DNA of 64,000 nucleotides, taken from the NCBI GenBank assembly GCA_965267345.1, contig OZ253947.1, positions 398,665 to 462,664 of the forward strand, written 5' to 3'. The DNA comes from Minisyncoccota bacterium. Its GTDB lineage: Bacteria; Patescibacteriota; Minisyncoccia; Phycocordibacterales; UBA2100. Numbering within the stretch: position 1 is the first letter of the stretch; every line of letters starts with the position of its first letter. The notes below the pieces were generated by a model. It made no database searches, was not told the origin of the DNA, and saw nothing but the letters and a program-made list of their open reading frames with translations. A program made the position numbers and the translations under genes. This document shows positions 57,981-64,000 of this stretch, one piece after another.

Positions 57981-58025
57981 ATCCTTTTGCTCATTGCTCA
58001 CGCCTCACTGCTCAGGGCTAATGCA

Positions 58026-58889
58026 CTACTCATGTTCACTCATTATTTTCCCACCAAGCGTGCGTAGTTCGTGCAACGCCGCATCGGCTTCTTCCTTATT
58101 TGGTGGCTTACCGTGCCAGTGGTAGTCACGCTCAAATTCTTTCACCCCCTTCCCAGGAATCGTGTGGGCAATAATCACCGAGGGCTTGTCATTAACCGAT
58201 TGCGCTTCCCCGATTGCGTCGTTCATGTCGGTAAAACTGTGTCCGTCAGCATCCTGCACATGCCACCCGAAACTCTCAAACTTTTCCTTGAGTGGCTCAA
58301 GTGGCATCACGTCCCACGTAAAGCCGTCAATCTGGATGCCGTTGCGATCGACAATAGCAATAAGGTTTTGGAGGCGCTCGCGACCGGCGAGCATTGCCGA
58401 CTCCCACACCACCCCGCACTCGAGTTCACCGTCGCTCATGAGTGTGTAGACGTAGTGGTGTGCCTGCCGATTCGCATCAATGCGCGCGGCAAGCGCCATC
58501 CCAACCGCCTGTCCCAGACCCGAGCCAAGCGGCCCCGAGCTCACCTCAATGCCGAGTAGCCACTCGCGATGCGGATGCCCTTGCAAACGTGAGCCAAGTT
58601 TGCGCAGTGTTTTGAGTTCCTCCACTGGAAAGTAGTCGGCACGTGCCATCGCTGCGTACTGCACAGGACAAATGTGTCCGTTGGAGAGCACAACACGATC
58701 ACGCTCTTCCCAGTCGGGATTCTGTGGGTCGTGCGTGAGTCGATGAAAATACAGCAGCGTGAAAATGTCAGCCATCCCGAGCGGTCCGGCTGTGTGCCCA
58801 CTGCCCGCTTCAAGCAGCATTTCAATAATGTCCTGACGAATCGTATTCGCCATTGCTGCGAGCTCCTGTACCTTTTCGTCGGTTAGCAT
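58026..58889 (-). CDS. Transketolase N-terminal subunit
   Basis: GSGH, RDRVVLSNGH, LQGHP, SDGE, GKG. Confidence 0.95.
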   Translation of the reverse strand: MLTDEKVQELAAMANTIRQDIIEMLLEAGSGHTAGPLGMADIFTLLYFHRLTHDPQNPDWEERDRVVLSNGHICPVQYAAMARADYFPVEELKTLRKLGSRLQGHPHREWLLGIEVSSGPLGSGLGQAVGMALAARIDANRQAHHYVYTLMSDGELECGVVWESAMLAGRERLQNLIAIVDRNGIQIDGFTWDVMPLEPLKEKFESFGWHVQDADGHSFTDMNDAIGEAQSVNDKPSVIIAHTIPGKGVKEFERDYHWHGKPPNKEEADAALHELRTLGGKIMSEHE

Positions 58890-58948
58890 ACTACCGCTAT
58901 TGTAGCATTGCCGCTGAGCAAATACGGAGGGTCCCTATCCACTTTCTG

Positions 58949-61033
58949 CTATCTCCGCCCCTGATTATAGAGTCGCTGAACTTCAGAAGCAGATAACCTG
59001 CGGTTATACAGCCGCACATTGTCGACGGAACCATTGATAATCTGTGATACTCCTCCTTGCCCTATGCCAATGCGAAGATTCCCTGACCCGGTATGCGTCG
59101 TGGTTGTGGTGAGAACAAGCTCACCATCAATGTAGAGTAATGTTCCGTTCGACACCCCCGAATCAAATACTGAAACAACGTGGTGCCACTCGCCGTCATC
59201 TAAACTGACGCCGGTACTTCTAAATGCAGGTGTGCCGTTATCATACACACCAAATATACCGCCCCATAAGTACATCCCATAGACTTGCGACTTCGTTATG
59301 ATACCGCGAAACGAGGAGCCGGGATTTGTTGTCTTTACCCACGCACTCACCGTACCGGTATTAATTTGTGCCGCAGCAGGAGCGCCCATCTCAACGTAGC
59401 TGTCATCAACATCGTTAAATGTGAGTGCTTGGCCAATCACTCCTATCGTCTTCTCTGGGCTATTTGTTAGTGTTCCATCCATACTGCTGCCACTCCTATC
59501 AATTGCGGTCGTCGTTGATACGTCAGGGCCATCAAAACTCCACAGACCGATAAGGCCATCAGCTAATGACCCCGTGCCGTTCGTGGTGGCAACTTCACTG
59601 GGGCGGTTTGCGTTGTAGATCCGTTTGAGTTCTGCTTCGGTAATTGCTCTGTTATAAAAACGTACATCATCAAGCACGAAGTCAACTGTATTTCTCGAGT
59701 CACTTCGCATGCGTATACCACCATAGCCTGTGCCCGAGGTTGCAGACTGCAATGTAACATTGTCAATCTCGATACCATTTTTGTAAATGGTAAGGTCAGT
59801 GCCGTTTTTGATACCCACGATATGTACCCATTCGTCCTGCTCGACGGTACCCGCTGGAGTATTCAAACCATCGTTTCCACTCACGTCAGTGCTTGACCGC
59901 CAGTGAAGCGCCCCGTCAGCAGAATTATTGAAGTACACGGCGGGAATCCTTCCGCCCGTTCCATCGCTTGCGGACGTGCCGTCTCCATTACCGACAATAA
60001 GATTCCAATTGTTATCAAGTGCAGTCGTTTGTCGTATCCAAAACGCGAGCGTGTAGTCAGTTATATGCAGCGCGGCGTTATCAGCAGTGGTGACACTATC
60101 CGTATCCTCAAAAAGCATACCCTGACCTGCGATCCCACGCGTAACTACAGCGCCAGTAATTGTTCCATCAATGTTGTTGCCACTGCGGTCTTCTAGTGTT
60201 GTTCCCGAAACATCCTTCCCATCAAACGCCCACCAGCCCACCAGGCCGCTAATATCTTCAAGTTGGCGGCTACGGCCGACAACTATGCGACCACGCTCAT
60301 ATAACGCTTGTATCTCACTCGCGCCCATTGCTCGATTATAGATACGCATTTCGTCAATGACTCCTGAAAAATCTTGTGGCACAGCACCATTGTTGGTTCT
60401 CCCGATTGCAAGGGACGCAGCTGTCACCGTTGGTGCAGTAACTGTTCCGCTGTTGGTAAACGAACCGTTTACATAAAAACTGAGGGTCGTTCCTGAGCGC
60501 ACGATAGTAACATGACTCCACTGATCCAAAGGCACACTGCCAGTAGTACCCGCAACCGACTTAAAAGACCCATCATACCACTGCATGTACGGGTACTGGC
60601 TGGGTGCATTATAAAAGAGCGAGTATTGAAGGTCAGATCCCTGTCCAACCCGCAGAGCGGCCTGCGCGGTATCGTAATAGGATGACGATGGCTTAATCCA
60701 AGCTGAAATGGTGACATCGCCTGAAATAGCAAGCTCTGGATTCGTCGATCCTGCAGGTACCACAACGGTCTGATTATTGTCTGTGTCACTCCCATCAAAA
60801 AATAAAGCTGTGTCTCTTTTTCCCGTCACCCAACTTGGCCCGCCTGACAAATTTCCGTGATTCGTGTTGCCACTGAAATCAGTGGCAACAGAACCCGATC
60901 CATCATCAAACGACCAATAGGCTACCAGTCCCAAGTTATTCGGCGGTGCACTTATCGACCCTGCTGCTGCCGTATGTGGGAGGGCGGTTACCAGAAAACC
61001 AATAGCAATGAGTACAAAAAAACGCTGCTGCAT
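58949..61033 (-). CDS. Secreted protein with three LamG/concanavalin-like domains
   Basis: Three GL.GxWSFD...D.SGN...W.H...D.VR.YNRAL repeats; signal peptide. Confidence 0.9.
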   Translation of the reverse strand: MQQRFFVLIAIGFLVTALPHTAAAGSISAPPNNLGLVAYWSFDDGSGSVATDFSGNTNHGNLSGGPSWVTGKRDTALFFDGSDTDNNQTVVVPAGSTNPELAISGDVTISAWIKPSSSYYDTAQAALRVGQGSDLQYSLFYNAPSQYPYMQWYDGSFKSVAGTTGSVPLDQWSHVTIVRSGTTLSFYVNGSFTNSGTVTAPTVTAASLAIGRTNNGAVPQDFSGVIDEMRIYNRAMGASEIQALYERGRIVVGRSRQLEDISGLVGWWAFDGKDVSGTTLEDRSGNNIDGTITGAVVTRGIAGQGMLFEDTDSVTTADNAALHITDYTLAFWIRQTTALDNNWNLIVGNGDGTSASDGTGGRIPAVYFNNSADGALHWRSSTDVSGNDGLNTPAGTVEQDEWVHIVGIKNGTDLTIYKNGIEIDNVTLQSATSGTGYGGIRMRSDSRNTVDFVLDDVRFYNRAITEAELKRIYNANRPSEVATTNGTGSLADGLIGLWSFDGPDVSTTTAIDRSGSSMDGTLTNSPEKTIGVIGQALTFNDVDDSYVEMGAPAAAQINTGTVSAWVKTTNPGSSFRGIITKSQVYGMYLWGGIFGVYDNGTPAFRSTGVSLDDGEWHHVVSVFDSGVSNGTLLYIDGELVLTTTTTHTGSGNLRIGIGQGGVSQIINGSVDNVRLYNRRLSASEVQRLYNQGRR

Positions 61034-61037
61034 ACTA

Positions 61038-61604
61038 CTATTCTACCGCAAATGTCGACAGCATCTCGCCCAATACTGGTGCCATACTACGACTTGACGA
61101 GACTTGGTAGAGGAAATCGCCATGCACGAACCATGCATGTGCTTCGCTCCCGTTAAAGAAGCCGACGCCCTGTATCGTGTCGCCAATCACGATCTGTGCA
61201 GGACGCTCCATCGCTAAGTCCGGCAAATCGGCACGAATACGCCCAATCGTAAGCAGCCCTACTTCATCAAATGGCGTTATAAAAAGTTGCACACCCTGTC
61301 GCGGATTGTCCCGCTTTTGAAACAGCACCGCTTCCCCTTCACCCTCAGGAAACACGCCGACCGTGAACCCTTCCGGGTGTATTACACTAAATGCAGGATA
61401 TTCGTGAATGTAGCGCCCGTCTTCAGTACGCGGAGTTGGCAGCGGCACTGCCGTATCAGCAGTATCTGTCGCAGCTGTCATGCTGCCAGATACTGACGCA
61501 GGCTGCTGTGCGTTTTCTGTCGGAGCGTACACCCCATACGCAAGCGCCCCGATACTCCCGATCGCCACAATTACCATCGCAGTATATGCAAGACGTATGC
61601 GCAT
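61038..61604 (-). CDS. Hypothetical membrane-anchored protein (possibly PsbP-like)
   Basis: N-terminal TM; Q.FITPFDE, WFVHG..LYQV. Confidence 0.6.
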   Translation of the reverse strand: MRIRLAYTAMVIVAIGSIGALAYGVYAPTENAQQPASVSGSMTAATDTADTAVPLPTPRTEDGRYIHEYPAFSVIHPEGFTVGVFPEGEGEAVLFQKRDNPRQGVQLFITPFDEVGLLTIGRIRADLPDLAMERPAQIVIGDTIQGVGFFNGSEAHAWFVHGDFLYQVSSSRSMAPVLGEMLSTFAVE

Positions 61605-61630
61605 TCCCTGTAGTATACCAAGGTGCGCTC

Positions 61631-62326
61631 TTATACAGTAGCCGCTGCACGTGCGAGATGCTCATACGACGCTACGGGATCATTCGCCTGCATAATGGCC
61701 GAGCCGATTCCCACGCGCTGCACACCGACGCGCATGAGCTCGGGAAGTATCGTTTCAGTAATACCGCCATCAGCGGCAATAGTGAGCTGCGGATACTGCT
61801 CTGTCAGAGTCCGAATACGATCAAGGGCGCGTTCGTCAAACGCATGTCCTTGGTAGCCAATTTCGGCGATACTCATCACCTGTACACTTTCGATATGTCC
61901 GCTTTCAATAAGCGGCACAACAGACTCGATACTGGTGTCGAGCATGAGACTAACGCCAACAGCAACATCTTGCTGACGCAGTGTTGCGGCAAAATCAATC
62001 GCTTCCTCAGGTGTGGCGAAGCTTTCAACATGGAAAATGATGCGACGCGCACCCGCCGCAACAAAGTGCTCTGCAACGACTGCAGGGTTCTGCACCATAA
62101 GGTGTATTTCATAGAGCACTGTGTCGGCTGCCGGAAGTGTAGGGACGTCAGCAACAGTAAGTTCACCATCAGTCACGCGATACGGAAAGCTACACGACGG
62201 CACAAAAACACCGTCCATGACGTCAATCTGTACTGCATCGACAACCGCCGTAAGCGGCTCGAGTGCGTGCGTGAGTTCCTCCCACGTGGTAGCCATTACC
62301 GCAGGAAGTACCTGACACGTCGCCAT
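61631..62326 (-). CDS. rpe: Ribulose-phosphate 3-epimerase
   Basis: QIDVMDGVFVP, IHLMV, FHVE, DGGI, GSAI. Confidence 0.9.
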   Translation of the reverse strand: MATCQVLPAVMATTWEELTHALEPLTAVVDAVQIDVMDGVFVPSCSFPYRVTDGELTVADVPTLPAADTVLYEIHLMVQNPAVVAEHFVAAGARRIIFHVESFATPEEAIDFAATLRQQDVAVGVSLMLDTSIESVVPLIESGHIESVQVMSIAEIGYQGHAFDERALDRIRTLTEQYPQLTIAADGGITETILPELMRVGVQRVGIGSAIMQANDPVASYEHLARAAATV

Positions 62327-62328
62327 AG

Positions 62329-62571
62329 CTAAGATGTAGTAAACGCAACGGGTTGCGGCACTGGCGGCAATTCAGTGTTTTCGCGCGGCCAGAATACAAA
62401 TGCGAGAATCGCTGCCACAACGCCGATGGCAATGAGTACGAATGCTGCCTGTCGTGCATCTTTTGCCAAACCCGCACGGATCACTATTTTCGTAAGTGCT
62501 GACATGCGCGGTCCGCGTGGGCCGCGGGCATACTGCATTCCAGGTTCATCGAATTGCACATTGTTCGCCAT
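62329..62571 (-). CDS. Small single-TM hypothetical protein
   Basis: VIRAGLAKD..QA..VL followed by TM. Confidence 0.6.
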   Translation of the reverse strand: MANNVQFDEPGMQYARGPRGPRMSALTKIVIRAGLAKDARQAAFVLIAIGVVAAILAFVFWPRENTELPPVPQPVAFTTS

Positions 62572-62585
62572 ATATCGGTATTGTA

Positions 62586-63143
62586 TCACTCTGCCTCTTC
62601 CGACAAACGTGGTGTGTGCACAGCATCTACCTTTGCCATACGGCGCACGTGCCGCTCATCGCCGCTAAAAGCTGTTTCCAGCCACTGCTGCACTGCTTCC
62701 TTTGCCACATCGACGGTCACAAAGCGCGCCCCGATACTCAACACATTCGCGTCATTGTGGGCGCGTGCTGACGTAATGATATTAAGCTGCTCGCCCGTCG
62801 CGTCAGTTTGTGTCGTTGCCGGCTCACCGTAAAATACGGCTGCGCGTACGCCTTTAAAGCGGTTTGCGACCATCGCCTCACCCTGCCCTGACCCGCCCAG
62901 CACGATGCCGAGATGGCCATCTCGGGTATCCGAGATGCGCTGCGCAAGCGGCACAACGTAGTCGGGATAGTCGTCCAGCTCGTTATATTCATAGGCACCG
63001 CAGTCCTCCACCGAAAACCCAAGCTCATCGCGCACAAACGCCATAAGCTCTTCTTTCAAAGAGAATCCTGCGTGATCTGAGGCAAAAAGTATGTTGCGAG
63101 CAGTTGGGAGTTGGGAGTCTGTAGTTGGGAGTTCTTGATTCAT
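62586..63143 (-). CDS. rpiB: Ribose-5-phosphate isomerase B (RpiB/LacA/LacB)
   Basis: ASDHAG, DYPD, GGSGQG, HNDANVL, RHVRR. Confidence 0.92.
   Translation of the reverse strand: MNQELPTTDSQLPTARNILFASDHAGFSLKEELMAFVRDELGFSVEDCGAYEYNELDDYPDYVVPLAQRISDTRDGHLGIVLGGSGQGEAMVANRFKGVRAAVFYGEPATTQTDATGEQLNIITSARAHNDANVLSIGARFVTVDVAKEAVQQWLETAFSGDERHVRRMAKVDAVHTPRLSEEAE
63100..63141. repeat. Six-unit heptamer array inside the rpiB 5' end
   Basis: GCAGTTG GGAGTTG GGAGTCT GTAGTTG GGAGTTC TTGATTC, encoding NQELPTTDSQLPTA. Confidence 0.75.
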
Positions 63144-63155
63144 ACATTCTCAAAA

Positions 63156-64000
63156 CTATTCGTCCGTCACGTGCTTGCTTGAGGCAAGCACGTGACGGAC
63201 GAGCGCATTCGCGTATCCCATCTCATTGTCGTACCACGCAAGTACTTTCACTAACGTGTCACCGACAACACGCGTCATGCCAAGGTCAGCAATTGACGCA
63301 TGGGTGTTGCCGATAATATCGGTTGAAACCAACGGGTCAGTGGTGACTGCAAAAAGCCCCTGCCACTTCTCCTGTTCTGCTGCCGTGCGCAACACATCAT
63401 TCACCTCTTCAGCTGTTGTTTCGCGCTTGGCAATAAAGGTCACATCGGCAATGGAGCCGGCCGGCACCGGCACGCGCAGCGCAATGCCGTCAAACTTATT
63501 ACTGAGTTGCGTGTGTGCCTGCGTTGTTGCCACTGCTGCACCGGTTGATGTCGGAATAATATTCACTGCTGCTGCCCGACCGCGTCGCGGGTCTTTTCCT
63601 GACGGACCGTCAACCGTTCGCTGTGTTGCGGTGTAGCCATGCACGGTGTTGAGCATTGCTTTTTCAATGCCAATCGCCTCGTCGAGAATACCTACCAGCG
63701 GGCTGCCCGCATTTGTGGTACATGAAGCGTTCGAGGTAATAGTGCACGTTTTAAGTGCATCATCATTCACACCCATAAGCACCGTTGCGCCGTCCACACC
63801 TGCGGCAGCTGGGTCGTCTTTGACGGGCGCGGAAATGACGATGCGCTTCGCCCCCGCAGTGAAGTGTGCCTTTGCCTTTTCGTAGCTGGTGAACACCCCC
63901 GTTGCTTCAACGACAACGTCAATATTCATAGCAGCCCACGGGAGCTGCGCTGGGTCTTTCTCCTGCACAAATTGCACACCTTCAAATGCCCGCAGTACGT
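63156..64000 (-). CDS. gap: Type I glyceraldehyde-3-phosphate dehydrogenase (5' part outside window)
   Basis: SNASCTTN, NIIPTSTGAA, WYDNE; frame open to window edge. Confidence 0.96.
   Translation of the reverse strand, partial: VLRAFEGVQFVQEKDPAQLPWAAMNIDVVVEATGVFTSYEKAKAHFTAGAKRIVISAPVKDDPAAAGVDGATVLMGVNDDALKTCTITSNASCTTNAGSPLVGILDEAIGIEKAMLNTVHGYTATQRTVDGPSGKDPRRGRAAAVNIIPTSTGAAVATTQAHTQLSNKFDGIALRVPVPAGSIADVTFIAKRETTAEEVNDVLRTAAEQEKWQGLFAVTTDPLVSTDIIGNTHASIADLGMTRVVGDTLVKVLAWYDNEMGYANALVRHVLASSKHVTDE

Noticed and set aside
57639-61033. Diversity-generating retroelement (Avd-like gene near a LamG surface protein)
   Set aside because: No reverse transcriptase and no TR/VR pair with adenine-specific mismatches seen in the window.

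Overview
Chromosomal window from a reduced-genome Patescibacteria/CPR bacterium, most likely Parcubacteria. This placement is inferred from tandem TrbC/VirB2-like pilins, short S1 and ValRS, split transketolase, class II RNR and many apparently leaderless genes; standard code 11 fits. Housekeeping content: gyrA, rpsA, pth, lepB, ftsAZ, tsaD, valS, lepA, murJ, nrdJ, thiI, msrAB, htpX/lemA, a pentose-phosphate/glycolysis cluster, 7 tRNAs and RNase P RNA. A foreign Gabija-type OLD nuclease/UvrD helicase pair sits at the tRNA-Glu 3' end. Two unexplained structural signals stand out. (1) Period-7 repeat arrays, mostly arranged as inverted arms, enclose an intact four-helix-bundle (23S-IVP/Avd-like) gene and an internally deleted copy, and also occur as gene-free or translated solo arrays (5 loci). 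(2) A family of about 200-nt structured non-coding elements lies directly 3' of three tRNAs; two end in a copy of a tRNA 3' end and two carry a sequence antisense to the host T-loop. All calls come from reading motifs by eye; no database searches were run.
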